Positions 51,654 through 63,730 of a stretch of 64,000 nucleotides of DNA are shown here, piece after piece. The notes under the pieces are model-generated. The model did no database searches and had not been told where the DNA came from. It saw only the letters and a list, made by a program, of their open reading frames with translations. Made by a program: the position numbers and the translations under genes. The stretch is from Octopus bimaculoides (taxonomy: Eukaryota). The stretch spans positions 119,947,109 to 120,011,108 of the forward strand of contig NC_068984.1 in the NCBI RefSeq assembly GCF_001194135.2, written 5' to 3'. How positions within the stretch are numbered: the first letter of the stretch is position 1; each line of letters begins with the position of its first letter.

Positions 51654-52030
51654 CTCTGAGTTTAAATTCCATTGAGGTTGACTTTGCCTTTCAAACTTTC
51701 GGGGTTGATAATTTAAGTTCCAATTGAACAGTGGGGCTGGTGTAATTGCCTTAAACCCTCCCCCAAAATTACTGGCCTTGTGCCAAAATATGAAACCAAT
51801 ATTACTGCTAATTCTCATAAGCACTGGTAATGGTGTCACGTAAAGAGCGCACAGAACACTCTGTAAAGTGGGTGGCATTAGGAAGGCCATCCAGCTGTAG
51901 AAACCAAGCCAAAGCAGACTGTGGAACCTGGTGTGGCCCTTGGCCTTTCCAGTTCCTGTTAAGCCATCCAACCCATGCCAGCAAGGAAAACGGACGTTAA
52001 ATGATGATTATGATGATGATGATGATGATT
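51654..52030 (+). mobile_element. SINE A 3' part followed by a family C repeat
   Basis: ctgagtttaaattcc...ggccttgtgcc, then ggcattaggaaggccatccagctg...(gat)n. Confidence 0.75.
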
Positions 52031-52744
52031 AATTGGCATGATATGGTGTGTCACCCAGTGGTTAGGGTGGTTAACCTCACCATCATAATGTCATGGTTTC
52101 AATTTCTGGACCAGGCTGCCCATTTGACCAGTCTACTCCAGTCTACTCCAACTGAAATCAAGTCCCAGCTGAGTGCTGGTACAGCTCTTTCTTTTCCCAG
52201 CTGTCACATCCACATCCTTTATGTCCAACTGGGTCATGGGTAGGAGGGTCATCTCCACTTGTAACTATATAGATAACCTTAAGCAATTAGTGAAGACATG
52301 GCACTTGGTGTCAAGTCATACTTGCTTGAAAGTGATGGTTATGATTCTTTCTCATTTACTAATTGCTGTGATTAGTGATGGGAGGAGCAACAGATTATCA
52401 TAATAACCATATATAAATATTAGATGGAATTTGTATAATTTTGATTTCATTGCAGTGACATGATCAATAACATTTAGAATAATGATCACACACTCCACAC
52501 ACATGCACATATGCATGCACATGCACCCACATACATGCACACATGCACACATGTACACAAACACAAATACATACACAAATACATAATACATACATACATT
52601 CATATATAAATGAAAGCAGCTGTACACAATATAAAACCAAAAAGGAAAAATTCAGTTATGGAAAAATTCAGTAAATGGAAATCTGCTTTCTTGTGTCTCT
52701 AAGCATTTTAACTCTTATTTCTAGCAATATGGGTGCTACCTATT

Positions 52745-53276
52745 ATCATCATCATCATCGTCATCGTTTAACGTCCGCTTTCCATGCTGGCATGGGTTGG
52801 ACGATTTGACTGAGGACTGGTGAACCAGATGGCTACACCAGGCTCCAATCTGATTTGGCAGAGTTTCTACAGCTGGATACCCTTCCTAACGCCAACCACC
52901 CCGAGTGTGTAGTGGGTGCTTTTACATGCCACCGGCATGAAGGCCAGTCAGGCGGTACTGGCAACGGCCACACTCAAAATGGTGTATTTTGCGTGCAACC
53001 TGCACAAGAGCCAGTCCAGTGGCACTGGTAATGATCTCGCTCGAAAGTCTTTACAGGTGCCACGGGCACAAGTGCCAGAAAGACGACGCTGGGCACAGGT
53101 GTTATCATGATTTCACTTTCGCTTGCCCCAATAGGTCTTCGCAAGCCGAGTTTCATGTCCAATGAAGGAGATGACGTTGGCATGGGTGCCAGTTGTCTAA
53201 TTTAGTTCGATTTTGATTTCACTTGCCTCAACAGGTCTTCACAAGTAGAGTTTAGTGTCCAATGAAGGAAAGGTAG
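52745..53276 (-). mobile_element. RTE LINE 3' UTR copy (long family C)
   Basis: Reverse complement of the 44790-45426 UTR with (cat)n tail; it abuts the truncated Tc1 at 53277. Confidence 0.85.
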
Positions 53277-53780
53277 GGGGCTATATCTTGGAAATCCTCC
53301 AGCCCAATTGATTCCCTTCATAGCAGAATTAACAGTCAAGACTATTTGAGCATTTTATCTGATCAAATTCATCCTATGGTTGCAGAACTGTTTCTGGAGG
53401 GAAACACAATGCTTCAGGATGATAAGGCACCAATTCACACAGCTAAAGTTGTTACTGAATGGCACAAGGAACATTCTAGTGAAGTTGAACATCTTATCTG
53501 GCCACCACAGTCCCCAGATCTCAATATTATTGAACATTTATGGTGCATTTTAGAAAAACAAGTAAGGAGTTGATATCTTCCACCACCATCACTACAAGAA
53601 CTGGAGACTATTTTAGCTGAAAAATGGGCAAAAAGTCCTTTGGAAACTATTCAAACTTTGTACGAGTCCATACCTCATAGAATTCAAGCTGTAATTACTG
53701 CCAAAGGTGGTCCTACCCCATATTAAAATTAATTTGTTTGAAATTTTAAGGTGTTTCCATCATTTTGTCTAACCCCTGTA
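53277..53780 (+). mobile_element. 3' half of a Tc1-like transposon with D36E spacing
   Basis: GAISWKS...QDDKAPIHTAKVVTEWHKEHSSEVEHLIWPPQSPDLNIIEHLW...AKGGPTPY*. 3' TIR gtgtttccatcattttgtctaacccctg plus TA. Confidence 0.9.
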
Positions 53781-55644
53781 TATATATGCCTACATCCATG
53801 AGAATGTGAGATATTATTTAACAGTTAAATGTATTCTTTGTTATTAAATTCTTAGATCATTGCACATTGAAACTTGTCTTCTTATATATATATATATATA
53901 TATTTATACAACACAAATTTTCTGTAAAGTTCTTTGTTCTCAGAGATCAATACTTCCCTCTCTTTTGTGCCTAATAATCCATTTCCATTGCATTCTACAC
54001 CATGATGCCACATTAATGAGAAATAAATAAAAAAAATAGGTTGCCAATCTTTTTGTTAAACTTTCCATTCTATAAGCTGAGGATGAACAAATGGATTTTT
54101 GTTCTTGCATCCTACATTAAGAAAATAATATTGACTATCCAAATTTCCATGTTTGGAAAATTAGTACATGAATTAGGAACAAAAGCATAATTATAAATAT
54201 CTGTACAGGATATATTGCAAATATTAGTGAAGGATTTATTTCCTAAAAGTGACATTATATAAAAGTATTGTTTTTGTTGTGGGTTTGTTTTATTTTTTTA
54301 TCATATAATTAATGTAGAATAAACCTTGTATGTGAGTCATTCATTCTAATGCCTGCATTGTTCACAGAAATATCATTTCTATAATCATACGAAACAAGTT
54401 GGTCTAGTTTGTTTATCTTTGCCCTGAACTGAAGTAGAGAAATGAAATAACATTTGCTCTTAAAATATAAAATATATGATGGTGGAAGGTAGATGAAATA
54501 CATGAACGTGTCTGTACTTGCAGTTGTTAAGGAGACTGGACTTACATTTTAATAATGCCATTTACCATTGGGTACAGTCAAAGAATGCTGTTCATACAAA
54601 ACTAACAGCAGGACTTTAAATGGATTTACGATCAATAACGAGTTGTTTACGCCTCTTCTATCATGAGCTTCCAAAAGTCTTAGTTACAGAGTGCAGCCGA
54701 TTATTCATGTTCACACGAATGAAATTGTGGTTTGAGATTAAATTTCTCCAGACCAAATATGAAATAAAATGAATGTAGACGATGTTTATATTGTAAGAGA
54801 ACCTAATTAAAGAAATAGCTACAAAAAAAGTAGAAGGTATTAATAAATATGAGAACTTGAGATGAATAAAAAAAAGAAGTAATGTCTTTGATTCTGAAAA
54901 TAATATCTTGATTATAAATATAATCTTAAAGGTTAACTCAGTAAAATAGATGATGTATATAAAACAAAAAATCTTGACAAATTTTACTAAGCAAGTACAA
55001 GATATGGATTGTGATGATTGCAGGATTTTGCAGTCAAGAGACGAGGTTTGTAATGTCTAACTGGATAAAAGTTACAGACAGAAGAACATCAATGTACCAA
55101 GTCATAAAATGAAAATAATCGAAGAAAATTTCTGATCATAAAAGAACTGACTCTTAAATTTTATCCTCTTGGGGTAAATTGGTTCTAAGTTAGTCCTGCT
55201 TTTTGCTCTGTACTTTGTATATGTCGCTTTTATGTGGAATGATATTGCTCTGGCTTTAAGGTTTGTTAGTGTTTGAAATAGTAGAATGCTGAACTTGTAG
55301 ACCTCAATGATCTAAGTTCAAGAAAATCATTGAAGCTGGTTTTGTTTTTCCTTTTTTTAGAGTCAGTTATATGGCTGTATAGTATAGTGGTGTTGCTTGA
55401 GGTTAGCTCTTTCTCCTCTACCTGTAAAACATGACATGTTATCAAAGTAGGAAATAGTTCTTCCACTTCCTAGAAAGGATTCAATTAAACACCAAAAGAC
55501 ATATTCATTTCTTGTCAAGTTGACATATAGCCACTGAGGCTCTTCATCTATCTCTCTTTTCTGTCTGTCTCTGTCTCTCTCTCTCTTTTCTGTCTGTCTC
55601 TGTCTCTCTCTCTCTGTTTCTTTCTCTTAACTCTTTTTTACCAG

Positions 55645-55662
55645 GTGCATCAGTTAGCAAAG
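55645..55662 (+). other. Candidate 18-nt microexon
   Basis: tttctcttaactcttttttaccAG|GTGCATCAGTTAGCAAAG|GTcagt: good acceptor, branch-point-like cttaac and good donor. Length is a multiple of 3. Confidence 0.3.
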
Positions 55663-55764
55663 GTCAGTGCTTTTTCAAATTACAATAAAGTGCCTATGAG
55701 ATGCCTTGAGCTTATAGTACTTCAGCTGAAATGACCATATTTTTCCATCACTCAGTCATTGCTT

Positions 55765-55844
<80 letters not shown>

Positions 55845-56423
55845 TTTCCCTCTTTCTCTCTCTCTTGGTCAAATAACCATGTACCTCCTCCATAACAAGA
55901 CACCTGTTTCTGCCTCTCTGTTCCTGTCACACTCTAATCTTTCATCATCTGACACAGGATCGCCTTCTCTAACTCCCCCTCTCCTCTCAAAATTCCTCAT
56001 CTTACAAGTTACTTGGTGACCCTGCCAGTGCTGGTGCCATGTAAAATGTACCCAGTCCACACTGTGAAGTAGTTGATATTTGGAAGGGCATCCAGCTGTA
56101 AAAAGCACTCAGTTCACTCTATGGAGTGGTTGGTGTTAGGAATAAACCCTGCTATAACAGACACAGTAGCCTGGAATAGTCTTTTACCTGACCAGTTCCT
56201 GTCAAACCATCCAACCCATGATGATAATCATGATGACGATGACGATGATGATATATATATATTTTATATATATATATATNNNNNNNNNNNNNNNNNNNNN
56301 NNNNNNNNNNNNNNNNNNNNNNNNNNNNNNNNNNNNNNNNNNNNNNNNNNNNNNNNNNNNNNNNNNNNNNNNNNNNNNNNNNNNNNNNNNNTATATATGT
56401 ATATATATAGATAGATAGATAGA

Positions 56424-57100
56424 TAGGGTGCAGTGAATAAACTGTCATCTAAGTTATGCAAAAAGGAAAATAACACTGACATCTCATTTTAACAGACATG
56501 ATGATGATATTTACCAAAATTACATAAAAATATCTTGAAATACTAAAGAGTAAATTATTCAATAAAATTGTCATTGGCTTCAACCGCAGCCTCCAGGTGA
56601 CTTTGGAATCTCCTGTAACTCTCCTGGATGGTCTCCTTGTTTAAGTTGGTGAATGCTGCCATAATCCTTGCCTTCAGTTCATCTATGGCATTACAAGGAA
56701 TTTTGTTGGTCTCTCGTTTAACTGCGTCCCGCACATAATTATCAAGGGGGTTGCAGTCTGGGAAGTTAGGTGACCAGATGTTAGAGGCAATGTGGTCGCA
56801 GAAATTGTCTGACAGCCATGATTGGGTTCTACTGCTTGTGTGGCATGGTGTAGAATCTTGTTGCCAGACATAGGGTCTTCTAGTAGCCACTCTCTTGACC
56901 TAGGGCAGCACTACCTCCTCTAGGTACTTGATGTAGGCTTCCCTGTTGAGTCAGAGGCTGTGTGAGAAGATGAATGGAGGCATAACATCGCCATCACTAG
57001 TGATCACTCCAAAGACCCTGATGCACGTTTTTGTCAGTGTTTGTTCAATTATGCCTGCATGTGTATTTGTGCACTAAAATGGCCACAGTTAAAAGAGTTA
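56424..57100 (-). mobile_element. Internally deleted DD37D (maT) transposon
   Basis: ORF 56890-56555 WQQDSTPCH...SPNFPDCNPLDNY has D-37-D spacing; upstream ITSDGDVMPPFIF; TIR-like agggtgcagtgaataaa at 56425. Confidence 0.88.
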
Positions 57101-57885
57101 AACAATAATAGCATAATATATATATATATATTTATGCATGTCTGTGTACATATGTAGCATCAAACGTTCTCGTAATCTACAAATAGGTGTGTATGTGTAA
57201 AGATGTATGTAGATTTATTAATTCTATGTTTGTGTGTGTTTATATATGTGTAATATACATACATATATACATACATACATATATACATTCCTTCGTTCAT
57301 TCCTTCTTTTCTTCCTTCTTTCCTTCCTTCATTCCTTCATTCATTCATTTATATTGCACAAAGAGGATTCCACTCAATTGTATACTGGAAAATTACTTGA
57401 TTCAGTTAATTGCATAACTTTTCACAACTTTAAAACCCCTTTGATATTTTCAAAATTTTTGGTATATTCCCTTTGACAATCTTCATTTATCCAAGCAAAA
57501 AGAAATTCATATGGCTGGTCTGTTATTTAACATTGTAAAATTGCTTGGTTCATTGAATTTACAAATATGGTAAATTTCAATTAATTGCAAAGATTCTGTC
57601 CTGATTTTGCATTAAAAAAATTCATAAAATCTTCCATAAAATTAAACACATGATATGAATATAATAATGATATAATGATCTTAATGTATATATTGTTCTG
57701 GTGCACTACAAATTGTTAGAAAAGGATAAAAGAGGGAATAGAAAGTAGAAATAAGTCAAGCAAAGAAAGAAAGCAGTGTTGTCCAAAAGTACATGCACAG
57801 TATATAGAATAAAACACAACGCAGAAAAGCAAGCAGTAAAAGAACCACAAAGAGGGAAGGGTGAATAGGCATGTCAGGAATAATG

Positions 57886-58089
57886 TTCATCCTTTAGCAT
57901 TCACTTTATCTTGCATATTGTTTTGAACTAATCGTACATTATCTCGTAGTTAAGAGATTTTGATGAGGTACCTTAATTTTTAGAATGATATTGTAGGGTT
58001 GGTGTGAGAAACCAGATCAGGCCAGTTTGAACATAAAACAGGTAGAATACTTCGGCCAGATGTGGCCGGTTTAAATGCTAAAGGGTTAA
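57886..58089 (+). mobile_element. TTAA-bounded (piggyBac-type) MITE
   Basis: TIRs cctttagcatt / aatgctaaagg, with TTAA at the right end and ttca at the left. Confidence 0.75.
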
Positions 58090-58667
58090 GGAATTTCAGG
58101 AAGCATGAAATCTTTGAAGGATATAGTATCTTGATAGATAACTAGTGATAACAATTCTGAACATGAAACAGTTGTTTCTGAAAGTCATGTGTACTGTGCT
58201 GTGATGGAGATAGTGAATTTAAAAGGGCAACCAATGTTGTTGTTGGAAACAGGGTAGATAATCTTGTAAGCTTCTACCAAGTCAACTGCTAGATATTGAA
58301 GCTTTAGTGTGATGATGTTCTAAGTTTTCCTTTTCATTATGGTTTTCATATTTATAAACAATTAATGTCTAAGGTCTAAGGTGTCAAATATATTCCAGAT
58401 ATTCAGATTGGTGAATGGATACTATTTCTTGTTCCACATACCTCTAGTTGCTACCAGTGAGTAATCAAAAGTGTGAGAAAAATCATTGCTAGGATGTATG
58501 AATGATGCTATGCTTGAGTATATGTATGTGTACATATGTGTGTGTGTGTGTGTGTTTGTATACATATATGTGATTATATGTACATATCCATATATGTATG
58601 TGTATATATATACATGTGTTATATGTACATGTATATATGTATATGTGTAAGTGTGTGTGTACACATG

Positions 58668-58734
<67 letters not shown>

Positions 58735-59390
58735 GTGATACATGGAAAGTAATCAATAATTGAATTTATTATCATATAATGTTGCAAGATTGATTGTTTT
58801 GAATTAAGACAGAACAATTGTAAATTGAAGTAGTAAAATGAATTCTGTCAGTTCATATCAGTTGGAAAAATGGAAAAATAGCTTATAGGGGTAGAATATG
58901 AGTAAATTATATGTATACAATTGTTGCCTTGTGGAATAATGAGTAAAATAACAGATACAGCAGCTGCTGTTGAGAAATACAAATCTGTTTTAGGTTGAGT
59001 AAACAAAGAATACCAAAAAGAAGTGAAAAAAATCTGAATGGTTAAGAGAAATGATTATCATCCCAACACATATCAACAAAATAGATAGTTTGGACTGGGC
59101 GGAACATAATTATATTATCTGTACACAAAACATACTGGAAGAAGAAAAATAAATTGTTTTAGTCTTGTTTTGTTATATATTTCATATATATATGTATATG
59201 TATACTGAATGAATAAGGTAATGTAATCTGATGGTAGAAAGAATTCTGTGAATTAGGTACTCCAAAGCCAGTTGGAAGGGTCCATGTGAGTGTGAGGTAA
59301 ATAGTTAACCCACAAAAATGAAAAAAAATCAACGCAAAGACGTGGTACATGCAAGGTATTAACAGATGCTCACGGAAGGAAAGAAAGTTA

Positions 59391-59425
59391 GTTTTACGTT
59401 TCAAGCAAAGATCTTTTTCAGAAAC
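59391..59425 (-). ncRNA. Minimal hammerhead motif, left arm
   Basis: Minus strand: gttt-CTGAAAAA-GATC-ttt-GCTT-GAAAC-GTA-aaac (G8A and stem II mismatches). Confidence 0.6.
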
Positions 59426-59565
59426 AGTAAACAGAGGAAAGTCCAAGAGAAAAGGAAGACGGAGGAAAAAAATTGCCAACAATCCACAAAATGTAACTAC
59501 ATGTGGATTGTTGACGATTTTTTTTTCTCCATTTTCCTTTTCTCTTGGACTTCCTTCTGTCTCCT

Positions 59566-59600
59566 GTTTCTGAAGAAAAGCTTTGCTCGAAACATAAAAC
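59566..59600 (+). ncRNA. Minimal hammerhead motif, right arm
   Basis: gttt-CTGAAGAA-AAGC-ttt-GCTC-GAAAC-ATA-aaac. The CUGANGA and GAAAC core is intact and stem I is gttt/aaac. Confidence 0.7.
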
Positions 59601-60476
59601 TTACTTTCTTTTCTTCTCAGAGTGTCTGTTAATACTTTGCATGTACCTCGTCCTCGCATTATTTTTTCTTTTTGTTGTGTTTTTTCTTCATTTCTTTTGA
59701 TTAATCACACACACATATATATATATATATGTATATATATATCTTAACAAAAAGGCTCAAAGGTCCTTCCTGTACCCTAGGCTCATAAGGCCAGTTTCAC
59801 AGATACTGTGCTGTATATATTCCTCCCTGGATGGGATGCCAATCCTTCACAAGGTTACTCACATTTGCCAGCTGAGTAGACTGGAAAAACGTGATATAAA
59901 GTCTTTTGCTAATGAACACAATGCTTTGCCCAGTCCAGGAACGGAAAACATAATCTTACAACCATGAGAGCAAAACCCTAAACCCCCCCCCCCCACACAC
60001 CTATATAGGCATGTGAAATATCTAGATAGTTTAATGATGTGCAAGATATGTGTTTCTTCCTTTTGCTCTGGCTCCTCTCCCTCTTCCTGTTTTGTTAAGT
60101 TGATTAGCTTATTACGAAGTGAAGTGAATAGTGCATACCACACTTTGATGATCTAGCTATCACGTTTACGGACAGTGCTGTTATTAGGTGTATTGATATA
60201 TTGATATCTTGTTAAGAAAGTGACAGACTTAATCCAGCTCAGCTTGCTTCATTATCATCATAATACATATAGAATTATGTTTAGCATCTCAATTTGCTTT
60301 TCCTCTAAACTGTTATTTTGATAAAAGTAGAAAAACAAAATCTTTTTCGGAAGTTTAAGTTAAAAAAACTAGGTTTCTATTTCTGGCTTTCTAGTTTTAT
60401 TTTCTAAATTGCCTTTTTTATTATGCTTTTTAATTTTTCCTTATCCTAGTTTTTCATGAATGTAGAATGATTTAGA

Positions 60477-60523
<47 letters not shown>

Positions 60524-60579
60524 GCGCGCGCATGCATGTGTATATCTAATGATATATGTATGCATGTATTCTTTTATTC

Positions 60580-60607
60580 TTGTTTCATATTCATATATAT
60601 AAATATA

Positions 60608-60654
<47 letters not shown>

Positions 60655-60709
60655 GTATATATATATATGTACATATATATATACATATATATATATACAT
60701 ATATATATA

Positions 60710-60785
<76 letters not shown>

Positions 60786-60860
60786 TATACATATATACAT
60801 ATATGTATATGTATACATATATATATGTGCATATGTATATGTATATGTAAGCATATATAT
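60580..60860. repeat. Long (TA)n/(TATG)n tract
   Basis: Direct reading of the sequence. Confidence 0.95.
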
Positions 60861-61699
60861 ACTTGAATGAGCATTGTTGTTTATCATGCTTACTTGTGCT
60901 AAAAATTTGAGCTTGTTAGTAAACATGTTTTTCACTAACGAGCAAAAGAAATACATATCTGCATTCATGAATATATACTCAAGAATATATTTATTTCCAC
61001 ATCTCAGGTTGGTACAAGTGAATATATTTATTAGGCAAAAAAAGAATTAAAAAATGGAAAATGGAAAATAAAAAAAACAAATCATAGGCATTTATGTTTC
61101 ATTCATAATCTTTTTCTTTTCATGGATGTGAGTGTTTTTATTCTGGCAAATCATTTCAAATCATAAGAGGATATCTCTTTGGGTCAAATTCTGTGAGACA
61201 CTCCAAGATGGTGTTAATATAAACTGCCCTTATGTAGTAAATAAGCATTTAAAAAGCAATTTGTAAATATTGTGGAGTAAATGCTTGCTTGAGTACCTAG
61301 CAATTAAGAGCTGCACAGAATGATGTTTGTTGAGCTATAAAATAATCGATTTTAAATTATTGGTTACAAATGTATTTTTTATGTTATTTATATATAAAAA
61401 ATATATCTCGGCTGTTTTTTTTTTGTATATATTCACATATTCTTTTATTCCTTTATTCTTTACTTGCTTCAATCATTAGACTGCAGCCATGCAGAGGCAC
61501 TGCCTTGAATTTTTAACTGAATGAATCAACTGCAGTACTTATTTTTTAAGCCGGGTACTTATTCTATTGATATCTTTTTGTCGAACAGCTAAGTTACAGG
61601 GATGCAAACACACCAACACAAATGTATTTGTGTGCATGCATGTAAGTGTATGTATGTTTGTATGTATGCATGTATTATGTCTTGGTCCAAAGCAATTTT

Positions 61700-62080
61700 C
61701 ATGTTATAACTTTTACAGAGGATATGTAAATGAAGGATTGTGATTTCAAGCCAGTCGTGTCACTGTTGTTTATCCTAACTTTGGCATCCTGATTGAGGAA
61801 ATCAATGATCCAAACTGTTCCAGCCTAGACCATTGATCCTTCTCTAGGCTATATTTAGAATTATACCATCCAATTTACCCTTTTCAAGGGCTTTGTTACT
61901 AGTATGAGGATGGGAAAAAAGTTATTCTCAGACTGAAGACTTGGTTTAAACATTTCCATCACAATGCACTAACTGAAGATATCATGGACCAGATGGTGTT
62001 GTTAAATTGGCTGACAGATTATGTCTGCCACTCAAAACTTCATTATGAGCAGGAAGATAGAAAACGTTATACTTGACAGT
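61700..62080 (-). mobile_element. Degenerate RTE-type RT fragment
   Basis: Frameshifted KA..RVNW and LNQDAKVRINNSDTTG motifs on the minus strand. Confidence 0.55.
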
Positions 62081-62200
62081 CTGAAATGAAAAGTTATACT
62101 TTAAAAGACAGTACTTATAAATATAGTCATTTAGATTATTGGAATAAAATGGGAAATTAAAATGTGAAGTTAAAATGGGAATAGTTAATATGAATTGCCC

Positions 62201-62615
62201 TCAAGGTGGCGAGCTGGCAAAATACAGGGTGTCCACAAGGTCTGGGTACATGGAGTAAATAAAATCATAACATAAACAATTAAATATAAGAAATAATGAT
62301 TTCTTAAAGTATGTGTTAATCCTCATGTGGGTACATGGAGCAAATAAAATCATAACATAAACAATTAAATATAAGAAATAATAATTTCTTAAAGTATGTG
62401 TTAATCCCCATGTACCCAGACTTTGTGGACACCCTGTACTTAGCAGCGTTTTGTCTGCCTTTATGTTCTGAGTTGAAATTCTGTCAAAGTCCACTTTGCT
62501 TGTCATCCTTTCAGAGTTGATAAAATAAGTACCAGTTGAATACTGGAATCAATGTAATTAACTTATCCCTTCCCTTGAAATTGCTGGTCATGTGTCAGAA
62601 TTTGAAACCAATATG
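62201..62615 (+). mobile_element. SINE family A interrupted by a Tc1/mariner MITE
   Basis: Head ggcgagctggcaaaa-ta ... ta-cttagcagcgtttt; the body continues ctgagttgaaattc...aagtaccagttgaatactgg. Confidence 0.85.
62225..62436. mobile_element. Tc1/mariner-type MITE with TA TSD and an 85-bp internal tandem duplication
   Basis: 29-bp TIRs cagggtgtccacaa(g/a)gtctgggtacatgg with 1 mismatch, TA on both sides; internal units start at 62244 and 62329. Confidence 0.92.
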
Positions 62616-62929
62616 AACTGCCTCCACCTATGTTAATATGTAAAAATCTTTTTAGTATAGTGATATAAATAAGAATGCTTATAAAGCAATATAAACAAGA
62701 GTGCTTATATGCACCAGAAGCCAATATGAGAATTTCTTTCATGGTAATTATTGCAGTATTGTGTTTTAAAACAACATCCATTTTTGAGTAGGGATAAAAT
62801 TTTAAAAAATCAGAATTTCATCGTGACTAATTAGCGAAGAAAGCCACTATATAATTAACACAGCAGAAATGTATGTCAAAAGAAAATTATGAAATGCACA
62901 TTATTAAGTCTGTTATTTAATTAACAAAA

Positions 62930-63285
62930 TGATAATTAGAATGTTGCAGGAAAGAATTGCAAGACAGATTCTTGAAGCTGAGCAAACTGGTAGGAGACTT
63001 AGAGGTAAACCAAGAACGAGATTGTTGGATAATATCCATTATTTCAGTTGGTCATACTTGGGAATCCGGGTGGAAAATCTAATGACAGTTGCTTCTGATA
63101 GGATCCTATAGAGGAGGTGCCTAAAGATTTTACCCCAACAACTCCCCCAAGAATAATGGACGAAAATGCTGGCTGGGTGGCTGGGCGGATGGCTGGGTGG
63201 ATGGATGGGTGGATGGCTGGGTGGATGGCTGGGTGGATGGCTGGGTGGACGGGTGGCTGGCGGGATAGATGGATGGATGAACGGA
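62930..63285 (+). mobile_element. RTE LINE 3' end with (GGAT/GGCT)n tail
   Basis: RMLQERIARQILEAEQTGRRLRGKPRTRLLDNI...WSYLGI...VASDR, followed by ggatggctgggt repeats. Confidence 0.75.
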
Positions 63286-63381
63286 TGGAAAATTACAGGG
63301 AGAGTTGCACAGAATGTCTGGAAATTTTAGTACCAAAATTGTTTTAGTGTAATGAGACTAGAAATAAATTAATTCATATAT

Positions 63382-63730
63382 ATGGATGTGTGGTAAGAAG
63401 CTTACTTTTCAACCACATAGTTCTGGGTTTGGTCCCACTGTGTGGAACCTTAGGCAAATGTCTTCTACTCTAGCCTCAAGCCGACCAAAACCTTGTGAGT
63501 GAATTTGGTAAATGGAAACTGAAAGAAGCCTGATGTATATGTCTGTGTGTGTGTGCGTGTGTGTGTATGTGTCTCTTTCTGTGTGTGTATGTGTCTCTTT
63601 CTGTGTTTGTCCCTCACCACCACTTGACAACTGGTGTTGTGTTTAAATTCCCGTAACTTAAAGATTTGGCAAAAAGAGACTGATAAAATAAGTGCCAGGC
63701 TGTAAAATTAAAATAATCCCTGGGGTCGAC
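63382..63730 (+). mobile_element. SINE family B (diverged)
   Basis: gtgtggtaagaagcttac...gaaactgaaagaagcc (tg)n ...cacttgacaactgg...ggggtcgac. Confidence 0.8.

Larger units (their letters stand above)
59310..59680. mobile_element. Palindromic Penelope-derived element with a hammerhead motif in each arm
   Basis: Arms of about 170 bp are centred near 59496 (atgta-ac-tacat), e.g. ggtacatgcaaggtattaacaga / tctgttaatactttgcatgtacc and gtccaagagaaaagga / tccttttctcttggac. Confidence 0.85.

Noticed and set aside
54440-54780. CpG-containing unique segment with a minus-strand GTAAGT donor at 54545
   Set aside because: No open frame links an acceptor to this donor; it might be regulatory or UTR sequence but the sequence alone cannot support that.
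59159-59659. ORFs of 74-166 aa on both strands
   Set aside because: They are by-products of the purine/pyrimidine-biased palindrome and have no protein-like motif.
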